NCBI GenBank assembly: GCA_029564765.1 | Contig: JAKQPK010000029.1 | Location: forward strand, 119-64,118 | From: Candidatus Omnitrophota bacterium | GTDB taxonomy: Bacteria; Omnitrophota; Gorgyraeia; Zapsychrales; Aceulaceae | DNA: 64,000 bases | Reading direction: 5' to 3' | Shown here: positions 27,001 to 39,000 of the stretch, in pieces | How positions within the stretch are numbered: position 1 is the stretch's first letter | How the letters are laid out: each line of letters begins with the position of its first letter | Program-made: the position numbers and the translations under genes | Notes under the pieces: model-generated | Databases searched by the model: none | The model's input: only the letters and a program-made list of their open reading frames with translations | What the model was told of the DNA's origin: nothing

Positions 27001-30000
27001 AATTATAAATCTTTTTAAGTTTTATCAAAAAGAAGGAGAATTTTGGGTAATAAAATTACAATATAGGTTAAATAAAGATGCATTACCTAAAAAGTCGCCA
27101 GACCTGAAGAGCTCCATAGACATAGAACTCCTTAATCAGCTTTCTTATTACTTTCTTATTTCATCAAAAGATAAAGGAGATTTTATTACTTCTGGCATCT
27201 TAGTTAATATCGCATCTACTTATTCTAAATTAGTTAGATATCATGAAGCAATGCAACTTTGTAAAGAAGCCATTAGACTTAATCCGAACAATGCCGTGGC
27301 ATTTTATAATTTAGGTGTTTTTTATGCTAAATTAAATCAATCTCATAAAGCAATTCAAGCTTATGAAGAAGCCATTAGGCTTAATCCGAACAATGCCGAT
27401 GTTTATTATAATCTCGGTGTTACATATGACAATTTAAGCCAATATAGCGAAGCAATTCAAGCATATAAAGAAGCCATTAGGTTTAATCAGAATTATGCTG
27501 AGGCTTATTCTAATTTAGGCGTTACGTATTGTGCTTTAATGCGACACTTTGATGCAGTTCGAGCATTGGAAAAAGCGATTAGACTTGATCCAAGCCTTGC
27601 CGAGGCTTATCTTAATTTGGGTAGTGCGTATTATCTGGCGGGAAACGAAAACAAAGCATTAGAAAGCTGGGAAAAAGCTGTGCAGTTAGACGGTACGTTT
27701 TTGAATCTGCTTCCTGCGAATATTAAAGCTAAAATTCTTCAAAAAGGCAGTTCAAGCGTTCAGGCATGCTTAAAGAAACTCGCGCTTAAAGGCCTCTTTT
27801 TAGCTATGGGAATAGGTCTTTTCTTTTCATGCAAGAAAGACAATATTGTGGAGCCTATCGATCCATCTCCGGCACAGGATACAGTTCCTGCTTATCTGCT
27901 CAATGAGCGCATAGGTTTTGTTGAGACCGGCTCAATCGATGGGGGTATGTTGTGGCTTAAAGATATGAAGGGCACAAATACAGCTCTATTAAGTGATGGG
28001 GTTTGGAGTGATGTCAAGTGGGCGCCTTGCGGCGATAAGGCTGTTTTTTCTATTCGAGAGAACGGGCAATATTTTATGAAAGTTGTTGATACCCTTGGCA
28101 CGATTAGAATTAAGATGACAGATGGGGCAGCCAATTATGACGCTCAATGGCTAAGTGATACAACAGTGCTTTATACAAATAATTTTGATGGTATTTATAA
28201 GCTTAACGTGAATACAGGCATTTCAGAAGTTCTTTTTAAAACAAACGGTTATGTGCTGGACCATAATCCTGCAGTTCACGGAAACAAGCTTGCGTTTATT
28301 GAGCATTATTATGAAACATTCTTTTCTTTGAGGCTAAAAGATATAGACGGAACAAATAACTTTGCAACATTATTCAAAGGGAATTCTGCATTTAACGAGC
28401 ATATGGGCTTAGTCTGGACGCCAGACGGTAGGAAGCTCATATTTTTCTCGCAGGTGAACGGTGGCCTTATTTATGTTTACGATGTTTTTGTTCGGTCAAT
28501 GGATACTATCAGCCTTCAAGATCTCGGAATACCAATGTATATGAGGATGCTTCTTTCTCCAGACGGCCAGAAGATTGCTATTGGCGGGCATTATGTAGTA
28601 AATATTGATGGGACTGGGTTTTCCCAGATGAACGAAAATATATATCAGCCGCTTGCCTATGCGTGGTCATGGGATAGTCAATATATCATTGCTTCTCCAT
28701 GGAACCAGGATGTTTATATTTATAGCGTTGATGGATCAAAGGGATACACTGTTAAAGACGTTACGCGGAAGCCGTATTTTATTAATGGAATATCATGGCG
28801 TCCTCAAGGAGATAAAAAGGGCGTGATTGTTGGCGGCAAGGCCAATTCTCCGATCGGTTCTCGTCAGGACATTCCAAGCCTTCCTTTGATGGACAGATCT
28901 ATCAGTAGTCCTATGAATTTATTGCCGACCATGCCGGTCTTTGCGCCGATGATGTTCGTCGCCGGCGCTGTGCCGGGTGCAAGGTTTGTGCTGACAGCTT
29001 TGGCAGTCTTAACGATTATTACGATCTTAGGAAAGTGGTTTGCTAAGCGAATTAGTGCGTCTAACGCTGATCAGCAAGCATCAACTTTGGTTTTGTTCTT
29101 TGAAAAAATGAAGTTGATGTCAGGTCTTTCGGTTGAAATGAAAGAAGAAAAAGACCTGAATAACTTTGCGGCATTTTCCAACAGGCCGCTGCCCAATCTT
29201 CCTTCCGTGGCAGGAATTAGATATGTGGCAGCGGCTGCTTTCTTTTCTTACCGCAGTCCCGCTTTCCTAAGTAAGAATAAAGGAAGCGTTACGACTGTCT
29301 TCGCCAATCGTCCCGTTTCCCTTAAAGAAAATCAAGGAAACGGTATCCAGATTTCCATTAAAAATCGATTCAAAGTGAATCTAGTCAGGATGAAAGATTT
29401 GGCACCGACCTTTGTTCTTTTTCCCCAAGCCTCTTCCTCAGCGTTAAAAAATGATTTTGATATGCATATTTATTCTATGCTTAACGTGATTCCTTCGGTT
29501 TCTGCGCAAGGATGGTCTTTCGGGGTAAAAGAATTTTCAAAAATTTTAGCCAACGCAGACATCCGCTATTCAATTGAGGTTGGAAGCTTTGTTAAAGGAT
29601 TTCCTAAATCTATCGCACGAACACTACACTTAAAGTTTCTCGATTCAAGTATTAAAGGATCGCCATTGTTGAATTTAGCGAGCGCCGAAACTCGACAGAA
29701 AGCCGAAGATGGTACGCTTCATCTATATGATGTTGTTAAAAAAGTTAGACCGCAGATCATATCTTTCCATCTCGGATTTTCAGTAGAAGCGGTCGTTGTG
29801 AATTCTAAAACAAGAGATTTTGAACCAGCGTCAAATACTTTCAGCGCGATGACGCAAAGCGAGGTTTTTGATAGCATTGCTGCGACAACACGCGCCATTT
29901 TCGAAGCCTTGAAAAATTTAGGATATAAGAAAAATGATCTTCTTTTAGAAAATCTTGTTTATTCTGAAAATGGCGCGTTTGAACATGTTTGCAATCCATA

Positions 30001-33000
30001 TTTTATCCGTTCTGTTTGGCAGGAAACAGAATATGGAGCGCTGGTCGATTTCGGTCACGCCTTTGTCAGTGCTAAGCTACTCGGTTACGATCCAAAAGAT
30101 TACATTAAGATTATTATTAATAAAGATAATATTTCCCATCTTCGGGAGGTCCACATCGCTGTTCCAGGTTATGACCAAGGAAAAAAGCAATGGAGAGATC
30201 AGCACAATTGTTTCTCCAGCGATACCGGGAGCGAAGCCAACCAAGCGCTAAGATCCATGCTTTATTATATCTTAGACCTTAGAAGAGTAGAGAGCGTGTC
30301 CGAGCCTTTGATTGTTAATTTTGAGACAGGAGAGGAAAGCGCGACCAGAGAACTTGATGCTTTAAATAGCTATTTGTGCGAAGTTTCTTCAAGCGTGTTA
30401 TCTTTTTTTAGAAATTGGCGGGAAATACGTAAGGAAAAAAGAACGATAGAAGCCATTCAATTTATCAACAGTTTTGATGAAAAGGATGACAACAATATAT
30501 ATATAAGTGAAAATTTAATAATGAATGATGTTTATGATAGGTATGTTAAGACAGGCGTAAATTTTTCACAGTTTATGGAATATGCTGCATTTCTTGCGGC
30601 GACCAAAGATCATCGAAGATTCAAAATTCTTCCAAAGCTAAGAGAAGTATTTTTAAAGCTACCCTCTAAGGTTACCAGAAGCTCCCTCTACAATGGTGAT
30701 ACCTTTGTAGGCATAACATCCGGTTCTTGTTTTGAGAGTGACGAGCTTTTAAAGATAATAAATGACATAGAAAGCTCCTTAAGAGAAAGAAATTCTTCGG
30801 CAACAGCTATTTCCTCCCCAAGCCGATACAATCCTCATAAAAGTTTTGGGTATCGTCCGCAGAGCTGGAATGAGGAAAAAGGTTTTGAGTATCAGCCAAG
30901 AAGAAAATATTCTTATCCCATCAGAGAGCGCTCTTCCAAAGGCTCCGAAAACGACCAAGAAAAAGAGAGCGAAGCATCTTCTGAGCAAGAGAATGATCCG
31001 CAAACGTCTGAAAACAAAGAGCAGCAAGCAACCAGCGAGAGTTCTTCGAACGTCAAGCTTGTAAAAAGAATAGAAGCGGTCGTTCCGCGGCTGGAAAAGT
31101 ACGCCTTTACCTATATTAAAAGCTGCTATTTGTATGATCATAACGCTCATAGCAAGCTCTCCAGGGTGCATCCCGCGGCTATTTATCTTCCTTTAGTTTT
31201 CTTTTTAGAAGGAGGATGTTCATCCTACCCGCATGTAGAAGAAGCGATCGCATTATTAGCTATCATTTTAGAACCTCAAGATTTCGAAGGCTTTCAGAAG
31301 TCTGCCTGCGCTTGTGACGCCAAACCTGTTCATTTGGTCTATCGCGCGATGGCAAGATCAGAAAAATATCACACAAAGAAAGCTTCTATGGCGAGCCCTC
31401 TGGCGTCCGTGATATCAAGCAGTCTTCGCCGTTTTGTTCTGACCACCATTGTTTTGATCGCTATGAGCGTGACATCCCTTTTCGCCCAAGCGATACCCCA
31501 AGAGAACGCCCAGCTCGATGAATCATGGCGCGTGCGTTTTCTCGCGATCAATGCCAGAGAGATAAAACATTTGGACATGATCTCTATCGGCCAAGACGTG
31601 TATGATACTGTTTTACGTGGTCAGCTTGAGCGAGAGATCGTTCAAAAGAGAGTGTTCTTGGAAAAGAGTTCTTGGCAGTATCAGGAAATGGAGCAAGACA
31701 AGGAAGTTTTGCGTATTTTAAAACTTGTTGAAAACGCGAAAAATAAGCGAGACCTTGAAAACATTGTCATCGGGTCGCAAGTATTCGATCCCCAAGTTAG
31801 GGCGCAAATACAAGAGCATATTGTAAGCGTAAAGACGCAGCTGAAGAATTCCCAGGAATTATCTTATATTGAGGAAATGCTTAAGTTCTCGACTGAAGAA
31901 GACTTTTTGAAGAGAGCGGGAGTTTTTCAGTATATGCGTGCTTTCCCTGCAGAGCAAAGACTTTATGTTGAGAATAAAATTGCTCGGCAGCAAAGAGTGT
32001 TTGAAAAAGAAAAAGAGTATGCGCTTGCGATCTCACGCTCCCAGGGGTACTTATCTATTCTCAGCGATCTTTCGCAATGCACGAACCAGCAGGAAGTGAA
32101 TTCTATCCGCATTGATTGGGATTTGTACGATACGTATCTTAAGCAGGCGATTAGACAGGCGATACGCCAACGCTTAGAGGAGATCGATCAAGAGGCTTCT
32201 TTACACGGCCTGGAAAAAACGTTTTACGCGCGGGAAGCATTCCTTCAAAGCGCGATGCTTTATTTAACAACAGACGCTCGTCTTTCTCTCAATATTTCCA
32301 GTGATAATCCCTGGCTTGAACGATGGATCAAAAAGGAATTAATCGCGAAAGAGCGAGAATTGGTCTCTGGCAAGTTTGATATTGAGCAGGAAAAGGAAGT
32401 TTTACGTTTTTATCGAGCCATGATCGATGCCGATCAGGTAGATCTTTTGGATAGTCTGAAATATGGTCCTCAGATAACTTCTTTAGAGGTGCGCGAACAA
32501 TTGCTGAGAGAAAAGCAAGCAAAGCGAGATCTTTTAAAGAAAATAGAGGATCGTTTTCGAGAAATGGAACAATGGGCTAAGGTCGTCGATCTGCAGAGCG
32601 CGATATTTTATGCTAACGCACAGAAAGATCTTGAGGGTTTTTATGTTGATCCACAAGTCTACGATGCAGACATCCGTCAATGGCTCATGTACCAAGCCCA
32701 AGCGAAACGCCGCGTACTCGCGCAAGATGAAGAAGTGAAACGTGTAGAAAAGAAGATCGATTCCGCTGCGCGCTCTTATGATCTTGAAAACATTTTTATT
32801 GGAAAAGCAGTTGTTGATCTTTCAACATACAAGGAACTTGCGGCCAAGATCTCCGTGCGACAACAAGCCCTTAAAGAACAAGAGCGCTTGCGCATAAGGA
32901 TCCTTGAGCTTCAGGGATCTTTGAGCGTTCGCCAGGATATCCGGCGGGCTTATCAGACCCAAGACCTTGCTCGTGTTAAGATCGATGGCAATGTGACCGA

Positions 33001-36000
33001 TCAAAAGACGCTTCAGCGCGAGATCTTGGATAAAAAAGCTTATTTTGATCTTCAAAAAAGCTTATCGTTTTTGATGGATCGCGATAAGGAGATCTTAACG
33101 ATCCGCTCGCTTGTTGATAACGCCAATACAATCAATGATATAAACATTGTCCAGGCCCGGGTCAAGATCCTGGAAGAGGTAAGGTTTTTTGACGGAACCG
33201 ATTGGGCGCGAAGACTTCAGCAAGAGATCTCGATAAAGAAAGCCGAGATAGAAAAGAAAGACGACACGACACAAAAAGGAAGCGTGAATATTTTCATGAT
33301 CTTTTTCGCCTTTTTGTCCCAGCCCTGGCAAGCCCTCAAGCGTTATGCCAGCCGCCTTCTAAGCCGTCGATCTATCCGCGAACAGACCTTGCAAGAGGAT
33401 GACCAAAAAAGATCACAAAATGATAATATTCTGCGATGCGATGGATTTCGCATCGTTGAAAAGAACGTTTTTGTACCTGAGCGATTGTGGAAAGATATCG
33501 TCAAAGGGCCTTTGAGCGAGAAGATCAGCTTAGCCTTAAGGTCTATCGATGAGAATCCGTATTGTGGATTTTTAGCACGTGAATATCATTTACGTGTTTT
33601 TGTTTCGGATCGGGTCCCTGGCGCAAAGCTTTATGGATACAAGCTTGGCCCGTCACAAAGTTTGTTCTATGTCGTTTTTGATTCTCAGAAAATCCTTGTG
33701 GCAGGTGTTATCTATAATGAATTTACGCACTATTTATCTAAGAATAAGCATTGGATCGCAACGACCCAGCATACCATTGATCGCTTTGTCGCGCTGCATA
33801 GGCAAGCTCTGCAGGAAAGAACAGAGACTGTAGAGATCCCTGAAAACAAACAGAATGTGCCGTTACGTTATATGCAGGCGTTCGCGGCGCAATATGACAA
33901 GGTTGAATTTTTATACACAGAAAAAGACGGCCGAGCCTATTTTGTTATTCCAACGTCGATACAGCGCGTGAAGGACATCGTTGAGAGCAAAGGATTTAGA
34001 TATCAGATCGTTGAAAAACGTTCAACACCGACATTCTTTATTTTAGGACCTGACGATGAGCGCATAGGTCGTTTTGGCGTGTACGATGAGCGTGTTGTTA
34101 TTAATCCATGCCATGTGAACAGCTGGGATCAGGTTCAGACGATCATCGCGATCACGCGTCTTGCTCTTGACCTTAAACCCTTAAGCACGACAGGGCGTAC
34201 GAAGATCTCAAGCGGCATTCTTTTCGATCGAAGATCATGGTTTTCGGCAGATCTATTTTCTGAAAGGCCGCTGTCAATATTGCTATTTTTATCTTTCAGC
34301 TCTTTTGTGAGCAACCATGGCGGTGAGGATAAGAATGGAATGACAGCGGCCTTTTTTGCGATAGGAGCACCTATTCTTCCGCCGCAAGAGCTTACCGACA
34401 ATGTTCATTTAGCCTATCCTGTGGAGCTTGATACGCGCTTGAAGGACACCAGGCCTTCGATGAGGATAGCGACTTTCAAAGCTAAAAAGATCCTTTGGAA
34501 GGTAAAAGATTTTTCTTTATTCTTTTACGCGACAGCGCCTTTTATGTTTTTGACAGTTGGCGCTCAACAAGCGAAAGAAGAAAGCAAGGTTCGGGTTTTC
34601 GCGCCTTTGTCTTTTTATCCGGAGGCGGTTTTACGCTACAGCAGGCCAAATGTCAGGATCACTGTGTTTAAGGTCAAGAAGATAGAATGGAAAGTAAAAG
34701 ATTTTTCTTTGATTCCCCAAGCCCTTGCGCGTCAGGATCAGGATCAGCCAAAGCTTCCAAGGGATCCAAAAAGCCTTCCTTTAAAGAGTGCGCCTGCCTT
34801 AAGCGCGCAAGAACAAAATATGGACATAAGAGTCTCAAGGCCTAAGGGATCTGTGATTACTGAAAAAGGAGATTTGAGCAGCAAGGCCCCAAAAGCTTTT
34901 GAACTTTCTCATAACGATTATGCGCGGGCGGTTGCATCAAGGACGAACGCTATTTCCTGGCATCCTATCAGCAGGGGAAGATCCGTTGCCTGTACCAGCG
35001 CTGTCCTTTCTGATCATTTCTTTTTAACAGTCCTTCATAAAATCACCCTTCTTTTAGCCCGTATCCATGATCGTTTCTTTTTTGGCAGTTCGCGACACGC
35101 AAATGAGCGGCTTTCCGCCCTGTTTTATCACGCGCTTTCTGAGAAAGGCCTGTGGATATCAAAATATTTAAGGACGCGGTCGCGAGAACAAGGACGAGAG
35201 GCTTTGTACCACGAAACTCTTAAGATAATATTTTTCATCCGAAAATTTTCAGAAAGAGCGTTAGGGATCTTGCGCCACGAGCGAAGCGCCGGTCTTTGGA
35301 TCAAAGATGATGAGGCGATCGAACAGCAGCCAAAAAATTTAATGCGCCAAGAACTCTTTGTTCCCGCTAATCCTCGTCCAATGGCCGCGATGGCTGAAGG
35401 CGATCCCAAACCCGAATTTATTTTCTCGAACTTTCCTGTTTTGGAAGAAAGCGCTACCCCCACCAGCGGACAACTGGGTGCCAAGCTTGGCATCGATGCG
35501 TACGAGAAGGGGAGTGCGTGGCCACAGGATAATTCTCGTTTATTCGTAGGGTCGCTTGCAAGTACGCGAGCGGCCTCTGTTTTTTTGTCTGTTGAGCAAG
35601 CGCTTGCTTCAAGCAATGTGTCGAACTGGAAACCGATCTTTCATGTTTCTGGCCAAGGCGTTCAATGGTATTTACCGGAATATTTTCAGAAGAAAGTTAG
35701 GATCACACGGTTTGGCAAGGGAAAAAACTCGTTCGTGGAGATCGTCGACACATCTTTGTCGCCCTGGGACACAGAGAACAAGATGCGTTTATATTTCCCT
35801 TCCAAAGGCTGCGCGCGCGTCGTGTTGTTAAGATTCTTCTCTCCTTCAGGATCACAAAAGATCGTTTGGGAAGAGAAAAGCGCGGAATTTCAGACGGATC
35901 GACGAGGGTATTCGTTGACACGCCATCCTTTGATCGCGGAATTCTTGTTGCGCATGTTCGCCGTACGCCATGCAGAGGATGAGCTGACCGTTGCTGTGCG

Positions 36001-39000
36001 TAAAGAGCTAAGAATGTTGTCCTCGTTCATGCCGTCCTTGAAAAGAGAACTTCGCAAACAAGGGGATCTGCGCTTTGAATGGAACCATGTGCGTTTTAGC
36101 GGATTGCCTTTCAATCGCAAGAACCGCAGTCAGAATAAAGACGCTGCTGATCAGCAAGACAACCATCCTTTCCTTATGTATTCTTTCCCGGGGAGTCTTG
36201 TTGGCAATCCGCTGTTCTTGATCTTTGTTGACCGTAAGGATAGCAGCCGATTTATCGTGTTGGGCCGGGATGAGGAAAAATTTTATGTTCTCAACGACAA
36301 AGGTATCAAGAAATATTTAAAAATAAAAGCTTCCGATGGCCATGGCCGCCACGAAGCAACAGCGGATCTAAGACAGGCTAAAGAATTCCGTGATTTTATT
36401 GGCCTTTCATCGCGCAACAGGATCCTTAAAGATCAATCCAGGGCCTCAGAGAAAAGGAATCATTTTTATGTCGGGTTCTTGGAAAAAGATTTGAGGGTCT
36501 GTTTTACCTCAAAGATCCCCTTGAATGTTGAAGTCGTCAAAGAGCGCGGACGTGTTCGTCGCTTGCTTATTTCTGACCGTCAAGGGCGAGAGATCACCCA
36601 GGTTGCTGCTTTGGGAGATCGACAGTTCTTTGTTAAACACCTTGTTGATAAGAACAGCAAGCCCATTATTTTCACCGTTTATGGCAAGGCTGTCTTGATG
36701 AATGCCGTGTTAACGCGTATCAAAGATATTATCAATCCTTGCCAAGAAATGGCGATCATGCGCCAGCAGGTTTTTCCTTCGTCAAAGCCAGGCTCTCAAT
36801 TTTGCCCTATGCGGATCGTTGAGAAGAACGGCAAGACGAAGGTTATTTTCGAGAAAAAAGAAAAAGGTAAGGGCGCGCAAAATAAGAATATTTCTTCAAG
36901 CCTTGATTTGTCGCTTGATTCTTTCATAATACATATAAGCCTTTCTCAAAGATCAGACTGCCCTGTTAAAAGTTTAAAAGCTATCTTACCTCGTCCGTGG
37001 CTGGTGGGGGGTAGCTCTTTTAACAGGGCAGTTTCTTCTAGTCTTTCGCGCGCGTCATCCAACAACGTAAAGAACAGCAAGCAAGAAAGAACTCTGCCCA
37101 AAGATTCCATGAGCCCGCACAATATCGTTGATCTTCTGGGTATGCCAAAATATATCGGAGCTCAAGGAAAAGGGTCTTATGTAGTCTTAGATTACATGAA
37201 CGCGATCGTTAAGCTGGTCGGCTCTCTTGAGGATGCTCAAAAGCTCATTGGCGAGAAATTATTAGAGAGATTGTCTCAGTCGGAGCAAGGGCTCATTAGC
37301 GCCCAAGGCCTGCAATATTTGGAAAAAGTCGCGCTGGATATTTATGTTCCTCTGGCGATCCGGCTCGGACTTGAACCATTGGCGCAGGAACTTCGTGATC
37401 GCGTTTTTCGAGCTATTGACCCGGATCAATATCAAGAAACAGCTCGGCAAATGCAGGAAGCGACCGGGATGGATGCTGGTCAACGTAAGGCCTTTTTGGA
37501 TACTATTAGCGACCGCGTTGTAAGCAAATTGCGCAGTACCGCTGGCATTGTGATCGTCAATGAAGAGCATCGCGTCAAAGGTATTTACGCCTCAAGCCAA
37601 AAGATCGGACGCAAGGGCAAGAAAGGCAAGCAATACACTTGCATTAACGATCTCGAAGATCTTCTAGGCATCCATCTGATCGTTGACAGTGAAGAAAGTT
37701 TTTGGAATACGGTCGGACAGCTCAGAGGCTGGGCTTATAATTTTAAAGATATTAAAGGCGAGATCTTAGAAGATCAGACAGAACTGAAGAGTATTTATAA
37801 AGGAGACAATTATAACGCCCATCATTTTGGGGTCCGTATCCCTGTGGACGCTGGAGCGCAGAAGCGCTTTGTGATCCTTGAGATCAAAGTATTCAGCAAA
37901 AGCGAATATGACGCTTTCAAATACGGCAATGCCGCTGTCTGGATCTGGGAAGCTAAGAAAAGAAACCCTAGCCAGCGATTTGACCTTGATGGGCTTGTTT
38001 ACGTGAGCGAAAATGCGAAAGAAAGTTTTTCTTCTTTGCTTTCGTTTTTAAACAATTGGATATATGTTTTCTTGTATCAAGAACTGCCTTCAGGGGAAAC
38101 CGTTCTTCAACCTGTGCGCATGAAGCAGGGAGCCATTGTCGCTGATTTTCTAGCTGCGCAGTCAAAGGAAGACAAGCAATGTATCCATAGTGAACAGTAC
38201 CGACGTTTTTATAAAAAACCTTTTTCTTTGCAGATCGCTCGCAGCTATCGTCCACACGGCAAAGACGAGCGCGACCTTGGAGAGGCATTGTTCAACGCGG
38301 ATATCGTGCGTATCAGCACGCGCTATGCGGAGATGACCGTGCCTTTGATGCAGCATATAATGGCCCGGGCGCGATATTTTAAGACTATTAGCTTCTTACA
38401 ATCAGAACCTCGAAAGGCTGACAAGAAAGGCAATGATCTTAGTCCTAATGTTGAAGAATTTTTTAAGGAGATCGGAGGAACAAGCTTTGAAGCATTCTTA
38501 AGATATCACACGCTGACGGTTGCTCAGGCCAATGCGCTTCTCTCCAATAGCGTAATGCGTGTCCGTCTTGATCAAAGAGAGTCCGTTGTGCCTGGGGAAG
38601 AGACGATCAACATGAAGACCGTTATTTTTCAGTCTCCTTCTGGCCAGGCAAGAGAATCTTTTGTTTCCTTGCGCATCGAGATCGCTCAAGATCGCATAGG
38701 GTTCATGCGGGACATCCTTGAGCATATTTCTGCTTTTGGTGCTGTTATTGCTCAAGATCGATCCACACAAAAAGTTGTTCACATCGAATTAGTTCAAGTT
38801 GATCCCCAAGACCTTGATCAGCTATTTTCTTCGTTAAGTGATATTCAATTTCAGGATTTTGTCGCTGTGGAGCAAGTTCAATATCGGCCAGGCCATGTTT
38901 CTGTTCTCGTTTTGTCGGAGCAAAAAGGCTTTCGTTATAGGGCGCTTAAACTTCTTATTTTGCAACGTTTATCCCGGCTTAGCGTTAACTTTCAAGAAGC

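Noticed and set aside
23326-37032. CRISPR array or integron attC sites
   Set aside because: The repeats are dispersed, variable in length and lack regular spacers. I saw no cas or integrase gene and no clear RYYYAAC...GTTRRRY boundaries.
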